Origin: Octopus bimaculoides
Taxonomy: Eukaryota
Reading direction: 5' to 3'
DNA length: 42,763 bases
Assembly (NCBI RefSeq): GCF_001194135.2
Contig: NC_068986.1
Location: 109,305,012-109,347,774, forward strand
Of this stretch, positions 10,347-22,033 are shown piece after piece. The notes beneath the pieces are model-generated. The model ran no database searches. It had not been told where the DNA came from and was given only the letters and a program-made list of their open reading frames with translations. The position numbers were made by a program, and so were the translations under genes. The number at the start of each line of letters is the position of its first letter. Within the stretch, counting starts at the first letter, position 1.

Positions 10347-12567
10347 AGGAAGACGATTCGTCCGTCGCGCTGGAGTACACTTTTAAGAATAGTTCTGTAG
10401 GCTTACAGCTAGTCCGGAAGTAATCTAGGCTCGTTTTCAACAATGTACTTTGAAAGCGCTTGAGTGTCATAGGATGTTTCACGAATGACAGCAGTGGGAA
10501 GGCTATTTGACCCTGACCTGAATGTTTGTGGCAGGCCATATGTGGACAATTCATTTCCACCCAGTGTGGCAATTCTGTCTTCAATGTCAATGAGAGTTTT
10601 ATTGTAGACTTCATTGCTGATACCCTCCATGTCAGGATAGAGCCGTTGAGCTTGCTTGTGAAAGTCTTCAGCCAGGTTGTCCCTGTACTTGAGCCATAGA
10701 TTTGCAGGATCACACAGTTCGCATGTCTGTAGTAGAACTGCAAATAGTGCCCTGAGGCTTTTAGGTGATTCTGATAAAGCAGCCTCTCCCAAAGTTGCAT
10801 CCCATTGTGCACCATCTTCGAACAGACCTTATCGATAGCAGGCTTCTCTGTATGTTGTGCAGACATGTCCTTGAACGGTTTTTAGGGCCTGGAAACACGT
10901 TGGCCCTCTGACCTTATGCAGTAGTAGACGGAGGTAGAAGCACTCTTGTTGAGTGGGATGCACTGTGTATACTCACCCAAGGCAAGTTTCAAACTTAATG
11001 CCAGCGTATCCATGAACATTTTCACCTGCTCTCCTTGGGGCCCATTTTTTTCCATTCCAAGTGTAGTACGATGGAATCTGTGGATACGGCAAGGTTTGTG
11101 TGAATGGATCCACTTGACAAAGCTTGAAGAATACAGTGAGTGAGCTCTCCCTTGGTTCCTCTGCCAACAGAGAAGCATTAACATCGGTGAAGTACACTCT
11201 TTGACCGTTTTCCAGGTGCACTGCAAGCTGTTGAATGGTGGGGTGTCGTTGGTGAAGTGGAAAGCCAAAGATGCGCCAGAAAGCCTCGTTGCTACTTATG
11301 TAGCGTCCCACCTGATAGTGCATCACCTACCTCATCCTGGCAGTATTGTTGTTGAAGTGCAAACATTGCAGCGTCAGAACCCTTGTTCACATACCTGCAA
11401 ACATACTTGATGGACTTAACGGATTTGCAAAACTCAATGTTGATGTGGTCATGGGAAGTCTTTGACAGGATTGGGCAGTAGGGAACAATCCACCAACCAC
11501 GTGCTGTCCGAGAGTTGCTTTGAAACCGCCGTCTTCTGGTTTTCTCCGTTTGTATGATGGATACCCATCACTACTTGTCTGAGTTTCTTGTAGGAACCTC
11601 CTTGGAAACCTTTTCGAACATACGCTGTCTTTCAAGCATGGCGAGTTTATGTTGAATCCACACCCACATGGACCATGTACATGTTTGCCTTAACTATTTC
11701 GTTATAGTTGAAGGATTTGAAGATCTTGATTTTCAGCAGGTTCGGGCGATCCTATCCTATGGTAAATCTGTCCCTGCACTTTGAAAGTAGGCATAAACCC
11801 GCCTTCTTGAACAACATTAGCGCAGAAAGCTGTCATTTGAAATGCACAATTGTACTTCCGGATGTTATTCAGGAAATCTTTCGACTCTGTAGTTGTGCCA
11901 GTGTAGAGTGACTTCAACAGCTGTGGTGGATCCTGCTGCGGAGTGGGGTTAACTTTTCTATTTGCGCAACACATAGCAGAAGTTTCTCTTGACCACTTCT
12001 TGGCATTGCAGAGAGAGCAAGTGATGGACATATCTCCAATGTTCATATCTGGGTGGCAATCATAATGAAGCTTAGGGCTGTAGTCGAAAGCCTTTAATGA
12101 CCATCGTGAGCTGCATTGCGTTGAAAATCCTCTTCTATTAGCTCTTTGTTGAACGGAAGTCTGCAGCATAGTATATCTCTGTTGTAAGGTGTGGGAAGCT
12201 CGCACAGCAGCCATGTTGGCAGCATTCCTGACCAGGCATGTAGTACGTTCGTTTTTCTTCTCTGCAGCTCGTACAGCGGTAGTTGACGCAGCATCAGCAC
12301 TTCGTCGAACTTTACGCTGGTGTTGAGTCTCTGCAACTCGTGCAGCAGCAGTTGATGCAGCAGCAGTTGATGCAGCAGCAGTTGATGCAGCAGCAGTTGA
12401 TGCAGCATCAGCAGTTCGTCGAAGTGTACGCTGGTGATCTGTTTGGAGTGTTCTTGAAGTGGCTGTGCGTTCAGCATTTGGTGGTCGTCTAATGTAAGTT
12501 TCCACTGACAATTCATTTGCCCTCCTTGCTGATGATCTTGCAGCTTTCGCAGTTCTTCGCCGATGAT
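10347..12567 (-). pseudogene. Helitron RepHel transposase pseudogene (N-terminal repeats, Zn-binding region, Rep Y2 motif, start of PIF1 helicase); internally deleted and 3'-truncated
   Basis: Motifs in order: CSLCNAKKW..E..MCC, FLNNIRKYNCAFQMT, PTFKVQGQIYHRIGS, HGPCG..NSPCMKDSVCSKRFP, HINIEFCKSVKSIKYVCRYVNKGSD, GRYISSNEAFWRIF, AVHLENGQRVYF, ECFYLRLLLHKVRGP, ETSYD, RIVFLD; several in-frame stops and frameshifts. Confidence 0.93.
12331..12405 (-). repeat. In-frame 15-bp minisatellite (about 4 units, encoding ASTAA) inside the Helitron N-terminus
   Basis: gcagcagcagttgat x4 on the + strand. Confidence 0.9.
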
Positions 12568-13779
12568 CTAAAATAAGCATGATGAAATGCAGTGAGATAC
12601 ACTGTTAAGTATTAAATATTAATTGAAGGGTTAGTATGTAAGTGTTGATAAGTTGCTAACTTGCAGCTGCTACGGTAATAATGAACTGGTAGTAGAAAGG
12701 TAAATGTGTAAAATAAGACGATGTTAGTGTTATGATATTAAAATGCAAATGGAAACAGTTGTGAAAGGCTAGGCAAGAGAAATGGTCAGAGCAACAGAGA
12801 AGGTGGTTATGAATTGCGTTGGGAATATTGTAGTTTGTGTGGACATGAATTTTGGGTGTTGTTTGTCAATGCATAGCTGCTCTGTCTTATAGATTGGATA
12901 GGGAAAGGGTTAATGAAAGAGCAATTGGATGAATTGCTTAGCTTTGTTTAGTGGTGCTCGTGGGGCAGAAGCTGCCGTTGATGCTGCATGTGAGTGTAGG
13001 AATGGTCATAGGTAAGTTGGTAGGTCTGCAGGCCCGCATTAAGGAAGAAGTGGAGGAGGAAAAGAGAGAACAAAGAGTCCAAGATAAAGGACAGAAAATA
13101 CGAGGAAGTGGAGTGTGGTATTATGCAACATACCCCCAAAAATATAGAAACAGAGAAGATAACGAAGTTTCAGTCAATAGTAAAAGTGCCATCATACATA
13201 TATGCAGAGGATATGAAGGCTATAGTGATTGAAAAAGGATAACTACAAGAAGTTGAAGGAGATGTGCAGAGATAATGTTGACCCACCAGCAGTGAGGGTG
13301 GAGGGAATTCAAGGAGTTGTCACCAGTAGTGGAACTAAGAAACATTGAACCACCGATGAGGTATTATTAAAAAGAAAAATATGTTAAATTGTAGGAAAAA
13401 AGAAAAAAAAGAGTAAAATGTTTTATGTTATCTTTAGGAAAAATAATGGTGGAAAAGAAAAAAACAATAATGTATATAACGGTTCAAATGTTACTGCATG
13501 GGAGTGGGGCCCATGCGACCATTTTCAGTTTTTCATTTTTATATAATTTTTCATCTCATTTACATTCGTTTTATGTTTTTTGTCCCCACTGTGGTCTTGT
13601 CTGTCCTTGTGGTGTCCCTGTCTGTGTTTAGGGCTTTATGCCTAATAAAGAAATGCCGACTGTGAAAAACTGAAGTTTTTACCAACTGAACTGTCACCAT
13701 GTACTGCCTTACTGGATTTTACCTGGAGAAACGTACCCTGAGGAAGGAAATGTGTTTATACAGTCAGCTGAATTTGGAC

Positions 13780-14825
13780 TATTTATGAGTACAATAAAAG
13801 GAAACTCTGCAGCCGAAGCGACTCGAAACATACACTCAGTTTATGGGAAAGAATGCCTGAATGAAAGAACTTGCAGAAGATGGTTTGCAAAATTCAGAAG
13901 TGGAGATTTCAGCCTTGAAGCTGAAGATCAAACAGGACATCCAGTTGAGTTTGATGATAAGCTCCTTGAGGAATTACTTGAAAAAAATCCTGCTCAGTTG
14001 AAGAATAGGCAATAAAGCTTAGTTCAAACCATACAACTGTTCATCGTCATCTTCAACAACTCGGAAAGGTTCCTAAATTTGGAAATGGGTGCCTTATGAA
14101 TGGTCCGAAAGCAACCGCAAATCCCGAGTTAACATCTGCTCTTCTCTCCACTCTCGCGAACTCATTTCACCCTTTTTGGATATAGACTTGTGACTGGTGA
14201 CGAAAAAGGGATCTTCTATCAAAATGTTAAACGCTGTAAACAGTGACTTGGTAAAAAGGAAAAAGCTCAACCACAACCGAGAAGGGAATTTCATGGAGAA
14301 AAGGTTCTTTTCTCTATCTGGTGGGATTGAAAAGGAGTAATACAATTTGAATTGTTATCACCTAATGTAACAATCAATGCTCAAGTCTACTGTCAGCAAT
14401 TAGAGCGTTTGAACCACGCTTTGAAAAAAAAAAACCCGCTTTATGTTTCATCAGGACAATGCGCGACCCCACATGCGAAGATCACATCACAGAAGATCGA
14501 AGAGCTTGGTTGGGAAAAAATTCCTCATTCACCTTATTCTCCCGACCTTGCTCCTTCAGACTGCCATTTGTTTCGTAGTTTACAGAATCATTTGGGGGAC
14601 ATAACTTTCGCAAGCCAGGAGAAGGTCGAAACTGACATTTCAGAGTTCTTCGCTTTGAAACCAAAAGAATTTTACATTGGTGGGATTAAAAAGGTTGTAA
14701 ATAGATGGAAGGAAGTCATAGATAATCAGGGAAAGTACATTGATGATTAAATTTCAATTAAATATAACATTTGGTCACTTGTTTTCTTTATTCAAAATTC
14801 GGACAGAACTTATGGGATGACCTGA
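13780..14825 (+). mobile_element. Mariner (DD34D) transposon, 5'-truncated and frameshifted; right TIR intact
   Basis: HTH KGNSAAEATRNIHSVYG...RRWFAKFRSGDFSL, WVPYE (WVPHEL), TGDEK, HQDNARPH, YSPDLAPSDCHLF (34-aa D-D spacing once a 1-nt frameshift is restored); ends cggacagaacttatgggatgacctga followed by TA; no left TIR found. Confidence 0.93.
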
Positions 14826-15795
14826 TATATATCTGTTTATTTTAATACTTTATATCTTTAATTAATTTTAAGGGAAACATAAAAGGAATTTTGTCCAATT
14901 CTGGCAAAATCTTATAACGATCCTTTTACGAAGAAAAGAAGAAATGACCTGAGGACATTTTTGTTGGGGATTCTTTCGTGTTTGTAATGGATAGTGACAT
15001 GTGCGTTAGTTTTGCGACAGCTGAAGAAGCGCGACGACATTATTCTGTATAATTGAATAATTTCTAACTGAATTTCTTTCTTTGGTCTACTTGGCTATAC
15101 CCGTAAGCAATGAGAGAATGAATTTTTAAGGCTTAGAAATCTCCATTGATGTCTTATGCCGACTCTGTACCGCCGATTGGACAGTATAATTCCAACTAAC
15201 GTAAACAGTGTACTCAATATAAATTCTTCATCTAAGAAATATAGAATTGGAATTTTGTGTTCCAGAGTTGTGGAATAAATTCTCAAACAGTTCAGACTCT
15301 GTTGCCGTTTGGTGTGAAGCAAAGCAGCAGCGGTAATGATATATCGATTGTATGATACACACAGCATCGTAGGGAAAGAACTAAGACGGAACGAACGCAA
15401 TAAACAGGGAATTTCTGACTCAGATAACCTGTTTCCGATGAGTTGAAATTTATAATCAATATGATTTAATAATCTTAAAGTATTTGATCAGCCTCAAGAG
15501 GCATGTGTTTGATCTGCAGATTTTATCGCATCGATTCATTAAAATTCCTTTTCATAGATAGTTATGTCCGTATTACTAAGTGTTTTCAAAATGAACATTT
15601 ATAATTTTTGTAAATTATAATTTTGCATATTTTTAACAGAAATGAAGTAAATATATTTTCGTTGAGGAAAGAAAAGAAAAGAGTTACACAGAGGAAGAAG
15701 TGTATCAAGCTTCGGTTTTGGTTCATCCTTACTGCAGCTGTTTCGTCCTGATCTCTAAAGATAATTATGTAGATTAACAAAGATCACTAATTAAT

Positions 15796-16200
15796 AGGAA
15801 TGGCTGTGTGGTAAGTAGCTTGCTTACCAACCACATGGTTCCGGATTCAGTCCCACTGCGTGACACCTTGGGCAAGTGTCTTCTACTATAGCCTCGGGCC
15901 GACCAAAGCCTTGTGAGTGGATTTGGTAGACGGTAACTGAAAGAAGCCCGTCGTATATATGTATATATATGTATGTGTGTATATGTTTGTGTGTATATGT
16001 TTGTGTGTCTGTGTTTGTCCCCCAACATCGCTTGACAACCGATGCTGGTGTGTTTACGTCCCCGTAACTTAGCGGTTCGGCAAAAGACACCGATAGAATA
16101 AGTACTAGGCTTACAAAGAATAAGTCCTGCGGTCGATTTGCTCGACTAAAGGCGGTGCTCCAGCATGGCCGCAATCAAATGACTGAAACACGTAAAAGAG
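15796..16200 (+). mobile_element. Full-length SINE family A
   Basis: A-box tggctgtgtgg, B-box gattcagtccc, internal TA/TG repeat, gtaaaagag tail. Confidence 0.9.
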
Positions 16201-16679
16201 ATAATTATAACATACGTCACTAATTATGAGAGAATAATGCTTTGTAATTATCTCCCCCTTTACTTGGATTGTCGCTAATATCTGCTGCTAGGTTTTTACT
16301 TCCTTCCCACTAGATTTCTGCTTTCTTTCTCCAACTAAGAGGTAAATGTCACTTAAGAACGTTTTGTATCGCATTCACTACATCCCACCTCTTAATTTAT
16401 CTAACCAAATTCATGTAATTGGCTCATTTGAGTTATCTCCCCTTACTCATATTATTTTAGTATTAATTAACAGTCAAGTATTGGAGTTAATTTAATTGGC
16501 TGAGTACACCCCAGCGCCATCTAAAAATATTCCGTATTTAGTTACGTTCCTTGACGTTTTGTGTTCAAACCTCACTAGAGTTGTCATTCATCCTTTTGGA
16601 ATCGATACCAATCAATAGTTCGATGATCGATTATGCTCTGCTCACAAAATTGGTGATATTCGCCAATTCCTCAGATCGC

Positions 16680-16825
16680 TCCTCTAACATCGCAGAAAAT
16701 GGGAGGACAGATTAAGTAAAGTAGTATAGACACTCCGAAATGTTGGGATGGTCATGTAGAGGATGTTATGATTATAAGTCAGCTCAGATAAGGTTGATCT
16801 GAGGCTGAACAACAACAACAACGAC
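16680..16825 (+). mobile_element. Retroposon family D with (AAC)n tail
   Basis: gggatggtcatg...gatcataag...ggttgatctgaggctgaacaacaacaac resembles 38765-38950. Confidence 0.55.
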
Positions 16826-16859
16826 ATCTGGCATCCCGTCATTTACAACGACAATGGTT

Positions 16860-17118
16860 TCAGATAATTCAATCAAGTGGCTGAGTACTCCACGGACATG
16901 TGTACCCTTAACATAGTTTTCAGGGAGATTCAGCGTGACAGAGAATGACAAGCTTGGCCCTTTGAAATACAGGTACTACTCAGTTTAACCAACTGAGTGA
17001 ACTGAAGCAACGTGAAATAAAGTGTCTTGCTCAAGGACTCAACGCGCTGCTGAGAATTGAACTCACGGCCTTATGATCATGAGCCGAATACCCCAAACCA
17101 CAAAGCCACACACCTTCA
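16860..17118 (-). mobile_element. SINE family E
   Basis: Reverse complement of the family E head and CORE-like region (gaagcaacgtgaaataaagtgtcttgctcaagga). Confidence 0.75.
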
Positions 17119-17440
17119 CACGTACGTATCAATCACGTATTGGAATCGTTCCCATTTCCATCACATCGTTCTGAAGGATCGAATTACGCTGGGATCGTTT
17201 TAGTTCTTCCACCTTCCTGGTTCGATAAAATAATTACCTGTGGAGTAATTGATCGATTTAAGGTAGCCCTGCCCGCCACAAATCTGTATCCTTGTTCTCA
17301 ATTTTAGGAATGATTATTCTTGTTTGGCCGGTTAAGACGAAATAAGGTGGAGACTTGTCTCAGGTCGACCCCTTGCCGGCAGAATAACTTCAAGAATCTC
17401 CCCTGAACACGTGAATTTGGTTTGTGAAATTATTTTAATC

Positions 17441-17828
17441 TTTTATCTTGTATTTTCTATTTGTTTTGAGTGCTAGGCTGCGGCCATGCTGGGGCACCGC
17501 CTTGAGGAATTTTAGTCGAATGAATCGACCAGAATATTTTCTTTTAAACCTTTTACTTATGTTATCGGTCTCTTTTTGCCGAACCAGTACGTTACAGGGA
17601 CGTAAACACACCAACACCAGTTATCAAGCGGTGATGGGGAACAAACATTGACACAAACACACACATATACGAGGGGCTTCTTTCAGTTTCCGTCAATCAA
17701 ATTTACTCACAAGGCTTTGGTCGGCCTGGTGCTATAGTAGCAGGTACCTATCCAAAGTACCACGCAGTGGGATTGAACACAAAACCATGAGGTTGGGAAG
17801 CAAACCTTTTATTACACAGCCGCTCCTG
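17441..17828 (-). mobile_element. Diverged SINE family A
   Basis: Colinear with family A along its whole length. Confidence 0.8.
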
Positions 17829-18399
17829 AAGTTATCTCCCCTTGTCAGTGACAGTCGTTAAACAACGCTAGTTTGTTGTTTATCTTTTCTTTCTCGCTCT
17901 CTCTTTCCAACAAGGAAAGACAATCGGTGTAGATCGTTCGGTACCTCATCCTTTAACTTAGTAGAGATTAATAGTAAGGATCGTCTTACCATCATCGTCG
18001 GACCCCAGGCGATGTCATTCATTCAGATTTATGCAATCATTTATTATTGGCAGAAGGCTTCACTTTTATATCGATTGTCACTGGGATCCTACAGTTGAGG
18101 AGCCACCGGATGAATTAGTATCCGTAGGCCTATGTAGGTGCGTGTATTATCAGTGTGTCTGTGTATACCAGTAGGTGTGTGTGTATGTGTCGGCGTGTGT
18201 GCGTGTTGATGTGAATGTAGTGTGTATGTGTTAGTAGTGTTTGTTATTGTATGTGTGTGTTTTGTTTATTCTTTGTTTATTCCTGTTTGTAGTGTTTTCT
18301 TTTGCCATTCTGTTCCCTTTCTATTCATTACCTCCTCCTCCCCCTCCTCCTTCTCTCCGTAACTGTCCCGCACCCTCCACATCTCTCTTATTCATTCAT

Positions 18400-18620
18400 T
18401 GCCCACAAGTGGCTAAACACAGAGGGGACAAACAAGGACAGACAAAGGGATTAAGCCGATTACATCGACCCCAGTGCGTAACTGGTACTTAATTTATCGA
18501 CCCCGAAAGGATGAAAGGAAAAGTCGGCCTCGACGGAATTTGAACTCAGAACGTAACGGCAGACGAAATACCGATAAACATTTCGCCCGGCGCGCTAACG
18601 TTTCTGCCAGCTCGCCGCCA
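18400..18620 (-). mobile_element. SINE family B variant with alternative tail
   Basis: Family B head and body joined to ctaaacacagaggggacaaacaaggacagac; the same tail appears inverted at ~13590-13635. Confidence 0.75.
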
Positions 18621-19090
18621 CATCTCTCTTACCAGACGGCACCGAGGTCATTGGACCACGAAAGGTCAAACGTCAAAGGTGTGTATATGTATAGGTATAT
18701 GAAGCGTGCATGTGCGTGCTTGTGTGATGTGTATATGTGTGTATCTGTCTAAGTATAATGCGAATACCTGTGGCACCTCCATTTACGTCTGCGCACATGT
18801 GGTTGTCTGCATGTGAGTACGTGTGTGTGTGTGCGCGCACATTTGTTCGAGTTACTGTGTGTATGTATATTATATATGTGTGTGCGTACTATGTATACAT
18901 TCCTGTGTGTACACATTATTTGTGAATGACAGCGTATATTCACATGTGTATATAAGGAATGGCATTGGGCATTTTAGGGATCTTTTGGTGGCACTCGAGA
19001 TCATGGCACTGCCACATACCTGAGCCCCTGTAGTCCATATTGGCATCTACTAGCTTCGTGATGATGATGATTATGATGATGATGATGATG

Positions 19091-19125
<35 letters not shown>

Positions 19126-19134
19126 CAGTTTATA

Positions 19135-19535
19135 TACTCTTTTACTTGTTTCGATCATTTGACTGCGGCCATGTTGGAGCACCGCCTTTAGTCGAGCAAA
19201 TCGACCCCAGGACTTGTTCTTTGGAAGCCCAGTACTTATTCTATCGGTGTCTTTTGCCGAACCACTAAGATACGGGGACGTAAGCACACCAGCATCGGTT
19301 GTCAAGCGATGTTTGGGGAGGGGGAAAACACAGACACTCAAAAACATACACGCGCACACATACATATATTCATATAAACGACGGGCTTCTTTCAGTTTCC
19401 ATCTACCAAATCCACTCACAAGGCTTTGGTCGGCCCGAGGCTATATTAGAAGACACTTGCCCAAGGTGCTACGCAGTGGGACTGTTCCCGGAACCATGTG
19501 GTTGGTAAGCAAGCTACTTACCACACAGCCACTCT
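19135..19535 (-). mobile_element. Full-length SINE family A
   Basis: Colinear with family A. Confidence 0.9.
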
Positions 19536-19555
19536 GGAGGTTATTTTAGTAAATG

Positions 19556-19620
19556 CTGTTGTTGTTATTATTATTGTTGTTGTTGTTGTTGTTCTTCTTC
19601 TTCTTATTATTATTCTTCTT

Positions 19621-19700
<80 letters not shown>
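19556..19700. repeat. Compound (GTT)n(CTT)n(ATT)n microsatellite
   Basis: Seen directly. Confidence 0.95.
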
Positions 19701-19701
<1 letters not shown>

Positions 19702-20074
19702 CCAAGTTTCATGCGATAGTAATCTAGAAGATATTGTGATTAAAACCGGATATGATCAATGATTCAGCTGAACCCAATTATGAAAATCTCTAAAATGTTA
19801 TGAGTTCTTCAAATATTATAAGACAAATGTTTTTTTCTCTTCAATAAACGAGAATTAATTAAAACCAGATATTTTCACTAATAATAAAGAAATTTATAAA
19901 GTCCTTATTTCTCAGATCTTGAGGGGGGAGTGAAAACCCCATAATTAGTTGATCTAGGTTAATATATGCCGTCTTAAACCTTCAAATAGCACGAAATAAC
20001 GATTTCATAAATGTTATCGTGTTAAGTAAAGTATCTGGTCTTAACTAATCCTAATTTAAAATTAAGAGAATTTT

Positions 20075-20391
20075 AGGCGCAGGAGTGGCTGTGTGGTAAG
20101 TAGCTTGCTTACCAACCACATGGTTCCGGGTTCATTTCCACTGCGTGGCACCTCGGGCAAATGTCTTCTACTATAGCCAAAACCTTCTGAGTGGATTTGG
20201 TAGACGGAAACTGTAAGAAGCCCATCGTATATATGTATATATGTGTGTGTGTATATGATTGTGTGTCGCTTGACAACCGATGCTGATGTGTTTACGTCCC
20301 CGTAACTTAGCGGTTCGGCAAAAGACCGTTAGAATAAGTACTAGGCTTACAAAGAATAAGTCCTGGGGTGCTCCAGCATGGCCGCAGTCCA
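20075..20391 (+). mobile_element. SINE family A with small deletions
   Basis: aggcgcaggagtggctgtgtgg head; B-box ggttcatttcc at 20129. Confidence 0.88.
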
Positions 20392-20453
20392 AGAGAATTG
20401 TAAGTGTGGACGTGTGTGAGTGTGTGCATGAATATGTGAGTGTGTGCATGAAT

Positions 20454-20492
<39 letters not shown>

Positions 20493-20541
20493 CGTGTAGT
20501 GCGAAAGTGTATGTGAGTCTACGTAATAACCAATATAAATG

Positions 20542-20723
20542 TTGGTTGGTTGGTTGGTTGGCTGGTTGGTCGGCTGGCTGGCTGGGTGGTTGGTTGATCG
20601 GTTAGTTGGTTGATCGGCTGGTTGGTTGGTCAGTTGGTTGGTTGGTTGGTCGGTTGGCTGGTTGGTTGGTTGGTTGGTTGGGTGGCTGGTTGGTTGGTTG
20701 GTTAGTTGGTCGGTTGGTTGGTT
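20542..20723. repeat. (GGTT)n-based tetranucleotide array
   Basis: Seen directly. Confidence 0.9.
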
Positions 20724-20724
20724 G

Positions 20725-20991
20725 TATCGTTCTCTCTTTGCTGAACCACTAGGTTACGGGGACGTAAACACACCAGAATCGGTTGTCAAGCGATGTTGGG
20801 GAGACAAACACAGACACACAAACATATACACATACATATATACATACATAAACATATATACGAGGGGCTTCTTTCAGTTTCCGTCTACCAAATCCACTCA
20901 CAAGGCTTTGGTCGGCCCGAGGCTATAGTAGAAGACACTTGCCCAAGGTGCCACGCAGTGGGACTGAACCCGGAACCATGTGGTTGGTAAG
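20725..20991 (-). mobile_element. SINE family A, truncated at both ends
   Basis: Colinear with the family A middle. Confidence 0.85.
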
Positions 20992-21187
20992 TCAAATAAT
21001 CTTCAAACTTCATCTCATGGTGTTAAAATAGATGACCCATACAAGATAAAATAGTTGTGGATATAGTATAGCAGATAAGAAGACAGTTTGGTCACAAATA
21101 AAATGTTCGGTAAACATGCAGTTTACGATCGTAAAATGGTGAAAATTAAGTTGCTATAATAATTGGAAGTGACGTCATCCCAAAATT

Positions 21188-21402
21188 TCTCTCCTACTCT
21201 GGGCACAAGGCCCGAAATTTTTGGGGAGGTGGGGCAGTCGATTAGATCAACTCTAATGCGCAACTGGTACTTAATTAATCCAGCCCAAAAGGACGAAAGG
21301 CAAAGTCGACCTCGGCGGAATTTGAACTCAGAACGTAACGCCAGACGAAAACTGCTAAGCATTTCGCCCGGCGTGCTAACGTTTCTGCCAGCTCGCCGCC
21401 TT
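21188..21402 (-). mobile_element. SINE family B
   Basis: Reverse complement ends gccagctcgccgcctt. Confidence 0.85.
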
Positions 21403-21598
21403 ATCATCCCCAAATTTCTAACAAGATTATAAAGAACTCCCTTAATATGCTCATCTTGTTGTAATATGTTAAATATTTTAGAAATTGCAGCTGAGGTACA
21501 CCATTCCAATATATTAAGTACCCAACAACGAACACCACCGAGAAGTGTGATTGTTTTCATCTTATATGAAATGTATGTCCGGTTTTCATGTTAAATAT

Positions 21599-21742
21599 AG
21601 GCGCAGGAGTGGCTGTGTGGTAAGTNNNNNNNNNNNNNNNNNNNNNNNNNNNNNNNNNNNNNNNNNNNNNNNNNNNNNNNNNNNNNNNNNNNNNNNNNNN
21701 NNNNNNNNNNNNNNNNNNNNNNNNNNNNNNNNNNNNNNNNNN

Positions 21743-21777
<35 letters not shown>

Positions 21778-22033
21778 GTATGTGTGTGTGTGTGTATGTA
21801 TATGTATATGTGTGTGTGTATATATATGTTTGTGTGTCTGTGTTTGTCCCTCCAACATCGCTTGACAACCGATGGTGATGTGTTTACGTCCCCGTAACTT
21901 AGCGGTTCGACAAAAGAGAAAGATAGAATAAGTACTAGGTTTACAAAGAATAAGTCCTGGGGTTGATTTGCTCGACTAAAGGCGGTGCTCCACCATGGCC
22001 GCAGTCAAATGACTGAAACAAGTAAAAGAGTAA
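21599..22033 (+). mobile_element. SINE family A spanning an N-gap
   Basis: Head at 21599, gap 21626-21742, 3' half and tail to 22033. Confidence 0.85.

Noticed and set aside
12283-12492. Plus-strand poly-Q-like ORF (QQQLM repeats)
   Set aside because: Antisense reading of the Helitron 15-bp repeat; the minus frame is continuous with RepHel motifs
12951-13016. Plus-strand AG...GTAAGT-bounded 60-nt segment (GARGAEAAVDAACECRNGH) as a Helitron-captured exon
   Set aside because: The opposite strand reads AASTAA, like the Helitron repeat, so it is more simply Helitron-derived; no homology recognised
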